From positions 2,294,001-2,358,000 of the forward strand of contig VJWM01000044.1 in NCBI GenBank assembly GCA_010909165.1: a stretch of 64,000 nt of DNA, read 5' to 3'. This stretch comes from Anthoceros angustus (taxonomy: Eukaryota > Plantae > Anthocerotophyta). This document shows positions 25,640 to 38,157 of the stretch, piece after piece; within the stretch, counting starts at the first letter, position 1, and each line of letters opens with the position of its first letter. Position numbers and translations under genes: made by a program. Below the pieces are notes generated by a model. That model did no database searches and was not told where the DNA came from. It was given only the letters and a program-made list of their open reading frames with translations.

Positions 25640-27290
25640 ACGAACAACAACCTAGAACCGAGAGGCAAGTGATAAGCAACAATCAGGAGTTAGAAGCAAC
25701 AAGAGCATGAGGGTTTGGGCAGCTCAGTGCAAGCATAACAAGACTCACAAACTCTAGTAGCCCCATGCAGACACAACGAGAAATTTCTACCAACCCAGGC
25801 CAGGACGAGCAAGAATACAAGAAAGAATGGGAGATAAAGGTGACAAGGACAAAGGTGCGCTTAAACACTCATGACTTGGAGGAAGAGATAGGGGCAGATT
25901 TGGAAGCAGAGGTGCACTTTACTATATCAATAGTTTGGGAAAAGAAGACATTGAAGCGGAAGTGGAGGAAGGGACGCGCCTTGCTAAAAGCAAAGGTCGA
26001 AACTGTTAAGGAGCAGTAACTCTTTGAATTGTAAAAAAGCGTAGAAGGAGGACGATTAGTTGGGAGAAGAAGAGGAAGCGGTAGTTGCAGAAAGGACCAT
26101 TGAACGTTCAAGCAAAAAAAAGTCTCCAAGATCTATGGAAAATCTCTTGGCTCTCTTCACGGCTTGAAATTGCTGCTGCCCGAGGTTAGCCATAAATTGA
26201 TTTGCAACTACCACTGCCTCTGCAATGGCAGGCCTTGTCCCTATAGATAAATAGGTGAGGCAACCAACAACACACTGATAGAGAGATTTATCTACCTTTT
26301 CCTTCTCTTCTTTAGTTCTATATCCCTTTATCTCATCGGAGTATCCAAGCATGATGCATTGGATGCCTTTAAGATCATCATCCCACTTGGTTCGGTTTTG
26401 TTTTGGAACATGAGCATAAACCTCAGAACCAAAGATCCTAAAATGACTCACGTCAGGTTTGACACCAGACCATGCTTCCTCCGAGGTCATTCCAAGTACT
26501 TTCTTGGTTAGAACTCGATTCAAAACACAAGTTGTTGTAGCAACAGCCTCTCCCGAAAAACGTACCTCCAACCCACTTTGATGGAGTATGCTCTTAGTCG
26601 CCTCCACTAGGCTCCTTAGCTTACACTCCGCCACTCCATTTTGCTCTAGTGTATGAGGAATTGTTAGTTTCCTCCGAATGCCATGCAAATTTCTCATATA
26701 CTGAGCGGAATTGAGGAACCAGAATTGCCTACTGTCAAGGTGATAGCTCGAGGTGTTTGGGAATGAGGAACCAAAATTGCCTACTGTCAAGGTGATAGCT
26801 CGAGGTGTTTGGGAAGACAATCTCTACAAGTTGCGTGCTTCTGTACGTGATCAACAAGCTTGCACATTTGTGTCAAACTCGCCTAAAAGCACAAGGTCAG
26901 TAGATTTGTGGCATCAACGCTTGGGGCACACTGGAGTGAACAATATCAAGATGATAACAATCAACAAATGGTGAGGGCTTGGATTTGAAGGAGATTGGTG
27001 AACCGCGATTCTGCCAAGGGTGCATGATGAGAAAGCTTCACCGAACCAAGTTCCAAGGATTGAAGTGCGTCGAGCAGCAAAGGCATTGGAGCGTGTACAC
27101 ACCTATGTGCGTGGACCAATGAGGAACCCTATCCATGGAGAAGCCCGCTACATTCTAGTGTTTGTAGATGACTTCACAACGAGGAGTGGACATATTTTTG
27201 AAGGAAAAGCTGAGCTTTTCAAGACTTTCAAGGAGTGGAAGGTCTTGGTAGAGAACTAAAGTGGAGAAGGCCTCAAGACTATGGAAGAAA
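25640..27290. mobile_element. Degenerate, rearranged Ty1/Copia retrotransposon
   Basis: On + (26760-27290): NLYKL, LWHQRLGH (pre-integrase), LERVHT.VRGPM, RYILVFVDDFT. On - (26700-26100): HGIRRKLTIPHTLEQNGVAE, FRIFGSEVYAHVPK, MLGYSDEIKGYR, joined directly to the RT end YQCVVGCLTYL..TRP. Confidence 0.85.
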
Positions 27291-27990
27291 CAAGCTTCAA
27301 TGAAAATTGAAAATAGGTCCTAGCCTCTCAACTTGCAAAGATGGAGAATAGATATGCTCACGGCTGTCTAACTTCAAGATCAGCAGCGATACATCCTTTG
27401 ACTTTGGGGCTGAAAACTATCAGCTGGCTTATCCACTTAACTGGGGACTTTGTCAACGAGACAGAGAGCTACAAGAAAATACCCTGAACAAGACTTCAGG
27501 GCATAAACCTCGCAACGTTCACGTATTCGAAAATCCAACCATAAGTGCATAGGTACAAGCTGAAAAAGTTCCTTACAGCCCACGCTGGCCGGGAAAAGAA
27601 AGACAGAGAATCGCACCCGCAGAGCCTCTCAAGATCAACCTGTCCGACATTCCGTCTTACAGAGATCAACTGCAAATGTGCATCACATCACGAGTTTGTG
27701 CTGAACAGACAAAAAAATGAGAAGGAGAAGGCTTCGAGCTTGTAAAAAAGCTTGCCGGTTTGGAAAGAGTGAAAAAGCACCCTCAAGATGTCTCCTTTGG
27801 CATCACGAAGCAGGTCGGTGTTGAAGGACTTGTTGCATTGCTGTTAACGTTACATACAAAAGTTGGTGGGCCCGGATTGGAAGACAACGCTGGCCGAGGC
27901 CGTCTGTGCTACAGTCCGACGCTACAGTCTGGTAGCAGCGGCAAATGGCAATGGGAGCATGCGACGGTGACCCAAGCAGCAGCAAGCCTG

Positions 27991-28482
27991 TTAGGAGGAG
28001 CCAACGTCCTTGAGCCGGGTCGAGCCGTCGAAGAGGTAGAGCGTGGGTGTGTTTTTGAAGCCAATGGAGCCCCGGACGAAGGCGAACACTCCGGTGCCGC
28101 CAGTGATGGCGAGAGCTTGCTTGGTGGCTCCCGGCACCCAGTTGCCTTGAACGGTGACGGAGCTGCCCTTGTACTTGCCGGCACGGAAGGTGAAGGTGTT
28201 GATCTCCTGGTTGATGGCGCCGTTTCTGTCGTCGGTGAAGACGCGCCCGACCTCCTCCTTCTTCTCCACCGACGAATACAGCGGGTAATCCTTCACACAG
28301 CCTTCCCCGAAGTTTTTAGCGGTGGTGGCCAAGGGCGCCGGACCGAACACCTTGGTGTAGGTGTCCGCGTCCCACTACAGCGCCAACTTGATCTTGGTCA
28401 CGCGGTCCGGGCCGAGGCGGGCGGCGACCACGGCCGCGAGGCTGGCCATGGCCACCAGCATCAGCAATCTGGTGCTGGCCAT
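27991..28482 (-). pseudogene. Secreted dirigent-like protein with one in-frame TAG at codon 36
   Basis: Signal peptide MASTRLLMLVAMASLAAVVAA, then KIKLAL*WDADTY in frame with YKGSSVTVQG...LAITGGTGVFAFVRGSI (dirigent/AOC-barrel motif). Confidence 0.7.
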
Positions 28483-31247
28483 CTCGAATTCTAGGTCTCG
28501 GATTGCAGATGGAATGCAGCGAAAGCACTGGAAGCACAGGAAGGGGCGACGCCGGTGGTTGCAATCCTTCCCCATCCCGATAGTGAACAGCAAACTGACG
28601 TCCTTTTTTTCGCCATGGCTATCGCCAGCAGGAGTCTGGAGACCGTACAAGCGCCCCCTGTACGCTGTACGCAATAGCTGGTGGTGCAGACTGCAGAGGT
28701 CTTATCTCCAGATTGACACACAGCCTGCACATTAAAGTGCATAGATGCAATTCAGACTGTTTGCAACCGAGCAACCGAGTGCGAATGGTTAGCAGACTCC
28801 ACATTTGCAACTTCAAGTTGCAGCTGAGCGAGGACTCATATGATTATGATCCGTCTTCTTCACCTGCCTTGGGCTGGCACAGGGCTCGCTTCAGGGAGTT
28901 CAGTCCAAGCATCCTTAGACTCTCCGCAACATTTTCAGTTTTCAACTCATGAGTTTGTGCTGTGCTCAACAACGCTGATCGATCCTGCAGCACCGCGCTC
29001 CTTTCTTTATGAAAACCACCTCAGCAATCCTCCAGCATTTGGGACCACCAGTACATGATGAATTCACCTCAAGATCTCAGCTGCTGGAAGAACCAACCCG
29101 CTCTGATAGACCATCCAGCAGTTCTTGTTCGAAAAGTTTGTAAAAAGGCAGCTGCGTGGCCCATTGCAGCGCACCAACAATTGCACGACCTTCTTGCAGG
29201 AGGCAAGAAAACAACAACACAATCAGCTAGAATATTATATGGAGCCCTCGCCCATTCGTTTGCACATAGTACGCAAGAGCAGGTCCCACGCTGCCAGGGT
29301 GTGGAAAAACCTGTATACGTGGACACTCCAGCTTCAGTTCGCCACACGTTTCTTATGCACGGGAGTTTTAGTACGTCACCATGCAGTACTAGATAGTTTG
29401 GATTCACATACTCATACTTTTTTGTATGTTCATACTCGAGCGAGGCAAAAGCTTTGATGAAGAAAAGGTGGCAAGACCTACATATCATGCAACAATAAAG
29501 GCATCCGGCCTGCTGTTTCCCTTGCAGAAAAGCACAGCCTGACAGACCAAGTTCCGTCTCAATGCTTGCAACCGAAGTACGAGTGTGCGACTGTGTGTAA
29601 TGTCGGCTCACATAGTGAGGAGATGCCACCCGGGTCATTCGCTGTGTGTCTTCTGCCCATTGAGTTCGTGCATGCCAGACGTTTGCTCACCCTCGTAGCT
29701 AAGATAGAGGATGACTGGACGTTTAAGCAGAATGATGAGTCAGAATAACAACCACTGATGTAACACAAGCTGGGTTCACTGTCCCTCACAATCAGTGGCT
29801 GCGGCTGCTTTTCCTCTTGAGAAGAAGCTCAGGCCTTGGTTGCCTTGTTTACTTCTTCAAGACTAGGTATGGAGCGAGACTTCGGTTGCTCTAAACTGGT
29901 GATAACAGGCTTTGAGCAAGTAGTGTGGAGATCCCGGTTCATCTGCAACAGTATAAGGCCCTGCTCCATGCATACATACATTACAGTCAAGCTCAGCAGA
30001 CGAACATACAAAATGCATGCAACAGGGCCTGCCCTCATCCATTTTTTTTTTCCAGCGGAAGCTTCCTCATCCGTGCCACCTCAGACCGTAGTCCCCGAAC
30101 CGTCGTCTCCAAGTCTCATTTGGTCAGCAGGTAACAAGCAGGTTGGTGTTCCAAACTGTCGCTCTGCAGACTCTCCAGACTCTTCAAACTGACTCCTCCC
30201 TGTCGCTCTCCAGACTCTGCAGACTCTCCAAAGTCCAAACCAATAGGCACCTACATACTCCTCGAAGCGTTCTTGGACACGAAGAGTTTGTGTACGAGCA
30301 CAGCCTTTACGCCTTGGCAGTCCCAGTCAAGCTAGGTGCTTTGCATTTATTTGTAACATATACTCTCGGACTGCTGGTATGCGACAGGGTGTGGTCATTG
30401 GATACATGTCCCTTGATATCGATGTGTGCCCAACTCCAACGTGGAACAAGATCCATTTCAAGCACGGTACTCCACTGAGACTGGACCACCGAGCATCCTG
30501 ATTCCCCATCCCCGGCCCCATCGTCCGTTCCCCGAATGAATCCCTCCCGTTGCCTTATGGGGCTGGGCTGAGCACGTACACGCAGGAGCGAAACAAAAAT
30601 GTCCTCCCCACCAAGGTCTGCTGTCGTCATCAGACCACCCCCTCAGCTCCCTGTGTACCGCCCAAAACCATGAGCCGGGAGCTGTTACATAAACAAGCAA
30701 AGGCTGGCAGTGAGCCGCTGCGCATACCAGCCACAAGTCTCTCCACACCTCGTGCTTACGAGATTTGAAAAGCAGCATGTGCGGTGACATCGTTCCAGCT
30801 CGGCTGCGTGCCACATAATAATCGATACCCGTACCTTGGGATGTGCTTCTTTATCGAACCCCGGTGAGTTGCGGGCCACACATCTGCCTGCCTGGGACCA
30901 ACAGCTGGGCCCGGGCACGTGAGCTTCCGCTTCCCCCTTGATGACAGAGAAATGCACAGCGGCCTCATCCCTAAACCGCCCACAATACATATATGTACAT
31001 ATATGGTGCATCCATGTCCACAGATGCACATACACATGTCATAAAACGCATGAAACCCACCGACTTCACGCAAGAGCAGTAAACAACACTTTACCCTGAC
31101 TTTAGGTTATTCGAACAATCCAACGCGATCCATGTTTCCTCGCCGCTTGCACGCAAAGCTGCGGAAGCATGATGATGCGATGACCAATGCATTGAAGGCG
31201 GCACAGCAGCGGCGCACTTGCTCGGCTCCTTCGATCCTCAAAAACAG

Positions 31248-31303
31248 TCATAGCCATAGCCATAGCCATAGCCATAGCCATAGCCATAGCCATAGCCATA
31301 GCC
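31248..31303. repeat. (CATAGC)n hexanucleotide microsatellite
   Basis: About 9 tandem units. Confidence 0.95.
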
Positions 31304-32968
31304 AGCACAGGCTGGAGTCGGGACAAGTTAGCGCAGCCTCGGCTCTTGCAGGCCAATCAGCATCCACCTCCGTTCCCGCTTCCAAGCTGCACGCCGCAGA
31401 TCTACATGCTCTGTTCATACATCCAGTGCAGTCGGTCACTTGTCGTCAGGCACGGGGATGGAGTGTCGGAGAAACAGCGTGTTACGACAGCCTGATGCCG
31501 CGTTCCTGGGAACCCCACGTCTCCCGTTGCGACACCCCGTCGAGACGCACCGCTAACCTCTCTTCCAGCTTGCCCCAACTTCCCCAACTTGCAGGCGAAT
31601 GCCGGGCCGGGACAGTGCCAACCCGGGCTGCCAGATATTTGGCAATCGCCCACTGGCATCAGCCGTGCAGCTTGGGTCGTGGCAAGTCCTCAGTCTCGCA
31701 AACCCAGATACTTAAGCCTGGCGGGGTCCTCCGAATAAGACCCGCTTCCACAAATCTGTGGCCGTGCTCGGGACAGTTGGAAAACATAAGCAATGCCCAA
31801 GTGTTCCCGCTCCACAGGCAACGTGGCCTCCCGTTTTTCATAAAACCCTTTCTTCAGCCGTCCTTAGTTGAGCACTAGCCCGCTGCAGGCGTTGTCCGAT
31901 GGGAATCTCCATCATCGCACCATGTCATTCCGCACACTAATCATTCCACCAGCAGGTGCTGTTGTTCTGGCATCCGTCTCCCTCGTTCCGTTCCCTTGGC
32001 AGGCCACCCTGGTTTCCGTTTCGCTCAACCCTAGAACGCCCCCCAAGAGCCTCCACTCGGGAATCGAAAAGCGCGAATCGGGAATCGGGGATCGGGAGTG
32101 GAGACTGGAGTTCACGTCCAGTTGCATGGTGCCTTGATGGTGCCACCTCTCCGGGGCGTTTGGTTTAAGCGCCTTCTCGGAGCTCGAATATGTGGAGCAG
32201 TGTCACCATAGCCGAAGGAGGATGTGAGATAGTGTATGGGAGTAGGTAACACAGAGTGGCTCGAAACGGCAGCCTCGGGCCCTGACAGTGTCAGCCAGCC
32301 CGGGGCCCGGGGAGGGGACCCGCCAGGAGGCCACCCGTAATCTCCAGAATTAAACTCAGTCAGGTTAGGATAAAAAGCGGATAACAAAACTTCGAGTCCC
32401 CACCGAACACCGACGTCCCTGCTCCAGGCAGCAGGCCGCCCCGGCTGTTTGAGAAATCGGCGGCAACTGGGACATCACTCTGCGCGCACTGCTTCGTCAT
32501 CGTCCAGTTTGGCCGCTACTTCCGGCAAGTACACGGCTCGCACCTTCCCCGCAGGTGGGTTCCGCCCGTCCGGTTGCGCCTAGGGTTTGCTGCTCCCTGA
32601 CAAATACGCATTCCGCCCCCCATTCACTCGCACTGCGAACTCTGACATTCGCTCCGCCCTCGCTTCCTGCCGCGCCCACCGGCCTGCCCCGCCCACCGGC
32701 CTGCCGCGTTGCGTGTCCTCCTTGTCGTGCGCTCGCTCTTGTTCATATCTGAGCTTGCCCGCTTCTCATCTTGCAATTCGAGGCGTGCGTCTGGCGCTCA
32801 ATTGAATCGATCCACGACCGGCGGCCTGAGCTGATCCTCGCCGAGCCTTTCGCAGCCTGAGCTGAGGCTGGGAGGAACCCTTGCGGTTTTGTTTTGTGGT
32901 TGATTGGCGCTTGTTCGTTGCTTCCGCAGCAGCAGCAAATCGGCAGCAGCAGCAGCAAATCGGCAGAC

Positions 32969-33550
32969 ATGTTTGGATTTGTGAACAAGATTCTCAAGAG
33001 TCCGGTGTCGGTGACCAAACTGAAGGGGGACGGCCCCGGCTCGGGCAATGGAGTTGTGACTGTGCTGTTGAGCCACGGGGAGGTTCTGGAGTTTCCGTGC
33101 CGGATGAAGTGCTCCGGATTGCTGGCGGCCTACCCCGAGCACACCGTGTGCCACGCCACCGCGCTGGTGCTGCACCAGCAGGTGAAAATGCTCCCGGCCG
33201 ATGCTCATCTGGAGGAAGGCGAGATTTACTTCCTGCTTGCCAAGCCCGAGGCCGGGGCGAAATCGGGGAAGAAGGCGTCCAAGGGGAACTCTGAGACTTC
33301 GTCTTTGCTCACGGAGGAGCGGCCTTCCCGGACCGGCTCGCAGCCTCAGGGCGGCTCTTCTGTGAAATTTGTCATTTCCAAGCAGTACCTAGCCAGGATT
33401 CTGGAGGAAGGGAGCAGGCGCGGAGCGCGTCTCACGCGGAGTGAGACGAACCCTCAGGCCAAGCCATTGCAGCCCCTGGCGGTCAGGCGGCTCAAGCCGA
33501 GCAACACCTGGTCGGGGCCCTTGGAGAGCATTGCGGAAGTCGCGTCTTGA
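32969..33550 (+). CDS. PADRE/DUF4228 domain protein, intronless
   Basis: VTVLLSHGEVLEF..., LPADAHLEEGEIYFLL, VKFVISKQYLARIL, WSGPLESIAE. Confidence 0.88.
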   Translation: MFGFVNKILKSPVSVTKLKGDGPGSGNGVVTVLLSHGEVLEFPCRMKCSGLLAAYPEHTVCHATALVLHQQVKMLPADAHLEEGEIYFLLAKPEAGAKSGKKASKGNSETSSLLTEERPSRTGSQPQGGSSVKFVISKQYLARILEEGSRRGARLTRSETNPQAKPLQPLAVRRLKPSNTWSGPLESIAEVAS

Positions 33551-34718
33551 GCGGGTTGCTGCTCGGATTTTGGAGTTATCGTCTGGCGGGTAGCTATTTT
33601 CTCTCGGAGCGTGTGCTTCTTGGCGGGTTATCTTTGTTGCTGCGCCAGCACGCCTGACGACCTTCAACCTGGAAATCATCGGCTCTCGGATACTCTAGCT
33701 AGGAGTGGAGGTATGCTTCTGTTTGATACTATCGCTTCCCAAGGCCCCGCTCGAGCTTCGCCCTATTCAGCCTCCTGCCCTGGTGCCAAGGAGGTGTAGT
33801 CTGCCGTGCGCGGACGTTGTATAATAATATCATACTAGCTCTAGAGTCCCTCGTCTTTTTCCTTTCATGTGGGCAGATATCTGAGTTAGTTAGCTGCTCA
33901 CAGTTGCAGGTGTGCTTGCCACACTAGAGGGCTGTGTTATATGTTCTTGGAGTCACCAGTGGTGGTGAGAGTCTTGTAGTCGCCTGTTTAGGAGAGATAT
34001 GAGTAGGCAGATAGATAGCCGGAGGAGGAGGATATTGGCAGCCACCAGGACGGTGCTTGCTGCCCGGATTCAGCAGCATAGGTACGGCGCCAGGGTAGTA
34101 CCAGCAGAGGAGGAGTTCGGTCCGTAAACACTACTTCTCGACCTCCCTCGAAGTGTTTGCATACGGAGTACGAGGCGGCCTTCCGCTGCTTAGATGCACG
34201 GAGGGAAGTGACTGTATAATATTACCTACCACTTCCTTTCAATACCTACCTTCTGGGTTCAGGGGAAATATCGAAATCCTGCTGTTTCTGAACGTCTGAC
34301 TTGAGTACCTCGCAACACATCGTGGGAACCATGTGTGCACCACTGCTACACTGTACCTCGGCCTCCTTGTTTACTCCCCTTGTGTCCGCTAGCTTCTGAC
34401 AAATACAAGGACTGTCCAGAAGTTTTGTTTATTTCCCGTCGACTCTCTCCCCAAGAGTATCGCAGCAAAGGGTGTCATTCCCCTATTAACAGAAGTCAGG
34501 ACGGAAAAGGGTGTTCGCACTTGAACGGGACCTGTGCGAGTCAACCAATCCCGTTGGGTTTTAATCGCGCCAAGATGACGCAGTGCGATTCCCTCGGGAA
34601 ACCTTCAAATGGTTTGAAGAATTCTTCATTCGCGGAATGTATGATTGAATCGGCCGATTTTATCCACCGACTTAGTAGTTAGTAGTTGCAGTATTTAGTA
34701 GTTAGCTACTTCGATTAC

Positions 34719-35110
34719 GAGCCGTCTTTTAACGCCACGTTGAGTTGATTCAACTGCAGGCGTTTGGACACCATCCACAGCGGGTCGTCATTGGAGGATT
34801 TTAATAACAGCTATTTCCATTGCAAGCCGTCTTTTTCAGATTATGGTCATTCACTCGATCCAACTTTGAGCGTTTGGACACCTATCCGCATAGGGTCGTC
34901 ATTGGAGTGATTTTAATATTGAAGGGCCGTTTCGATTTCGATCGGGAGCCGGCACACGATGGTACAAGTTGCCAACTACCAAGTCCCATGATGGGAAATT
35001 GCATCCAAGTGGTCTAAAAAAGGCTTCTTCTTCTTTTCGTTCTTTCCAAATTTTCATCAGCGTTTGGACACCAGTCACTGTTGGTCGTCATTGGAAATAT
35101 TCTTAATATG
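34719..35110. repeat. Three dispersed copies of GCGTTTGGACACC-N9-11-GGTCGTCATTGGA followed by a T-rich TAATA tail
   Basis: Copies start at 34760, 34870 and 35060. Confidence 0.8.
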
Positions 35111-36155
35111 AAAGGAAACTCGAGGGGAGTCCTAGATGAGTATGGAGGTCAAGTCCGCCAACAATCCGCTAGTTTATCCTCACCGGTATATTCACCAGTT
35201 CTACGCTGTACGATTGTATACGATACGATACGATACGATTTCATTACGGTCTGGCGCTTCAGAACTCTCGCTTCGCCTATGAGGGATGAGGGTATTTTTA
35301 AGAGCCGGAGTTGAGTTCGTCCGGCGAAATACGAAAAGAAGTTGCAACATGGCGAATTGGCAAATTTGCGTGTCCATTGGTGGATATCAGCTGTAAATCT
35401 CTCCTTTTCATGGCATACGCATACGCATCCACATCCGCATCCGCTTCGTTTCAGCAGCGGAAGAAGCGCCTCGTAGATGGTGTGGGACTGTGGGAGTCAG
35501 GGACCAGGGACCCTGACACAAGATTGCCTGCAGCCATGCTTTATTCATTCTGGGAAGAAATCTGACATATATGGCGCGCAACTGGCCAAACTGATGATTC
35601 CAACGGGGATAGACAAAGGCAAAAGCAGGCAAGTACACTGGAGAGCTGCCTGCCGCAGCTCTATTAAGTGCGGCATAGTGGAGAGGTGCCTGCAGCAGCT
35701 AAGAAGTGCGGCATTGGGAGGGTGGAGTTGCTCTGAAACCCTGTCGACAAACTTTCCCGTACAAGTAGTGCCAACTTCTGGACTCTGCCGTACAATCTGC
35801 TTCACCGGAGGCAGCGGGGCGATGTCAAACTGGAAGCAAAATCTGGAAGTACTTGCTCTCCAAATGCACATGGCGCAATTGAGAGCCATCGCCTCACGCC
35901 CCAAATGCAGCAATCGGTGGACATGGCTGGCCTTCGATGAGCTCTCGTCGTGATCACACATACGATTGAGGCGATTCTGGAGCAAGGACCTTTCTCGGAG
36001 AATTGGTGCGGGGATCTATACAGTATGGAATGATGAATCCATCAGAATTCTACACACGCCGCCCTGATTTCCAGAGGAAACCAGCATGCAGAATGCATGG
36101 TCTGTACTCTGTATTACTCAAGTTCGTTGCCACTCTGAACTTCTGAAATCTGCAG

Positions 36156-36878
36156 TCATGTCACCTCCACAATGGTATCCAGAGGACCTGACCACTGATT
36201 CCGCACAGATCTCGCTCGCTTTACAACAACAGGTTTCGGTCTCGGCTTGTAAACATGTGGCTTGGCGGGGGCGGCCTCGCCTGATCTCCTGGATGGAGGA
36301 TGCAGCAGAACGCTACCTGACTTGGCCTCGGCAACTATTTGCGCGAGATACTGCTTAGAGATGACAAACTTCAGCGACGGCGCAGGGCCTTGCGAGCTAT
36401 CAGATCCGTCTGCAGGCGCATCGGATTCGGAGGAATCCTCAGACAAATCCTTCTTCTTGGCCCGCCTAGCCGGCTTCGGAACGAGGAAATACAAGCCTCC
36501 CCGCTCCAGGTAAGAGTCGCCACGCAGCACCTTGCCTTTTTGCCGCAACACCAGCGCGCTGGCCTGACAAACCGCGTGGTGCGGATGCCGAACCAGCAGG
36601 TCCGCGCACTTCATTCTCCGCGGAAACTCCAGCACCTGTCCATCCCGCATCAGAATCGTCACCACTGGCCTCTTCTCCTCCGACTTCACCCCGCTCTCTC
36701 CCGCCGCAGAATCCCCGCCAGCGCGCTTGGGTGCGTCCGCTACCGCGACGCTGAGGCAGGAGCCGAACATGATGGTGCGCCAAACCGCACGACCTGCTCC
36801 TCCGGCCTCGCCCTTGCCCTTCGCCGTGCCTTCAATGCCGCTCCCGCTCCCGCTCCCGCTCCCTCCTGCGTCCGCCAT
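36156..36878 (-). CDS. PADRE/DUF4228 domain protein, intronless paralogue (alternative start at 36770, MFGSCLS)
   Basis: VVTILMRDGQVLEFPRRMKC, LERGGLYFLVP, LKFVISKQYLAQI, WSGPLDTIVE. Confidence 0.88.
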   Translation of the reverse strand: MADAGGSGSGSGSGIEGTAKGKGEAGGAGRAVWRTIMFGSCLSVAVADAPKRAGGDSAAGESGVKSEEKRPVVTILMRDGQVLEFPRRMKCADLLVRHPHHAVCQASALVLRQKGKVLRGDSYLERGGLYFLVPKPARRAKKKDLSEDSSESDAPADGSDSSQGPAPSLKFVISKQYLAQIVAEAKSGSVLLHPPSRRSGEAAPAKPHVYKPRPKPVVVKRARSVRNQWSGPLDTIVEVT

Positions 36879-38157
36879 CGCTGCACATCGGCCGGCTGCA
36901 AACGCTGGATCCCTTCATGGCCTGGACGCGCATCAAAAGAACTGCAGAAAAGCTTATTTGACTGATATACAGGGCATCAGGCCACCGCTGAGCTCGCCAG
37001 ATGGAGGCATGTACAATAGTTTTTAAAGGCCCCCGAGAACCTTTGCCCGCGCCGGACTGCCGACTGCTCCGGGTGCCGAGGCGCCGAGTGAACACGGAGT
37101 CGACCAGATCGACTCGGCTTAGACTGCAGGGACCAGTCGTCGATCGCTCGACCAGTCGCCTCGACCAGTAGCTACGCCGACCACTCGGCCCGGCGGTGGA
37201 AGCTTCCGCGAGGATAGCGGTCGTTAACGTTTTGCCAAATTTAGCTCGCGCGGCTATGCTCGTCTTCGCCTTCATCCTCTCCACAGCGACCGCAGCCTGC
37301 TAAGTCTGGCTGAGCCTGGCTAATTTGGCGGGATAATTTGGGGGTGGTTTTAAGATGCTCTGGCTGTGTGGAAATTGGGTCGGAGATTCAGCAATCATGC
37401 TTGGCGTGATGGGATTGGGTCGAGATCGAGCAAGCTACTGTGCATCGGATGCCCTATTTCGAGCATCTTTCTTTCTAGGATTTTGTTGTATTTTTGTCTG
37501 GCGCTTGTATACCGTCCCTTCGGCTTTGGGATGTGCATTGCCTTGCCTCTGTCGGTGTGGGCATCTTGGGGCAAAGTTACGGACACACATTATTGTGGAA
37601 TTGTGAGCCTCAAGGCCTCGGGGAACAGTGGCCCCCAGAACATGGCACATGTGCTGAACGTTCCGGCGTCGGAGAAATCGCGGTATCAACGGGTTTGCGG
37701 AACACAGGGAAGGGGAGAATGATGAGACACACACCACGATTTATCGCGGTAACCATGGTTGCAAAATGGTACATTCGTTGCTTTTGGTCTCTTTAGGCAG
37801 AGGGAAAGAGGTTTCTAGATTGGAGTGCAGCGGCAGTCCCTGCCCGGCCCACAACCGGCAGCTGCCACCCTTGGGCCACAAACCCACAGCAGCCACCCTC
37901 GGAGCGCATCCCACAGCAGATATATAAATAAGGGCTCTCAAACACTGGGAATTACGCTCACATTCTTCAACGCACTGACCCGCCCTTCGTGAAGGAGCGC
38001 AACCAGACAGCTGCACCAATGTGCATGTGATGGACACCAACAACGCTTGACACCATCACTGAGCAGCTTCCCAAATAATCATCAACAGACGGCGTGCCGT
38101 GGGTGTTGACCAGTCAGCAGTAAAGATCGATGAGAGATTTGTTGAGACAGACTCTTC

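Noticed and set aside
27760-28494. 244-aa plus-strand ORF and similar antisense ORFs over the PADRE, M32 and PPO genes
   Set aside because: Shadow ORFs produced by GC3-rich coding sequence on the opposite strand.
34121-34168. Short hairpin as a miRNA precursor
   Set aside because: The stem is too short and bulged, and no known plant miRNA sequence was recognised.
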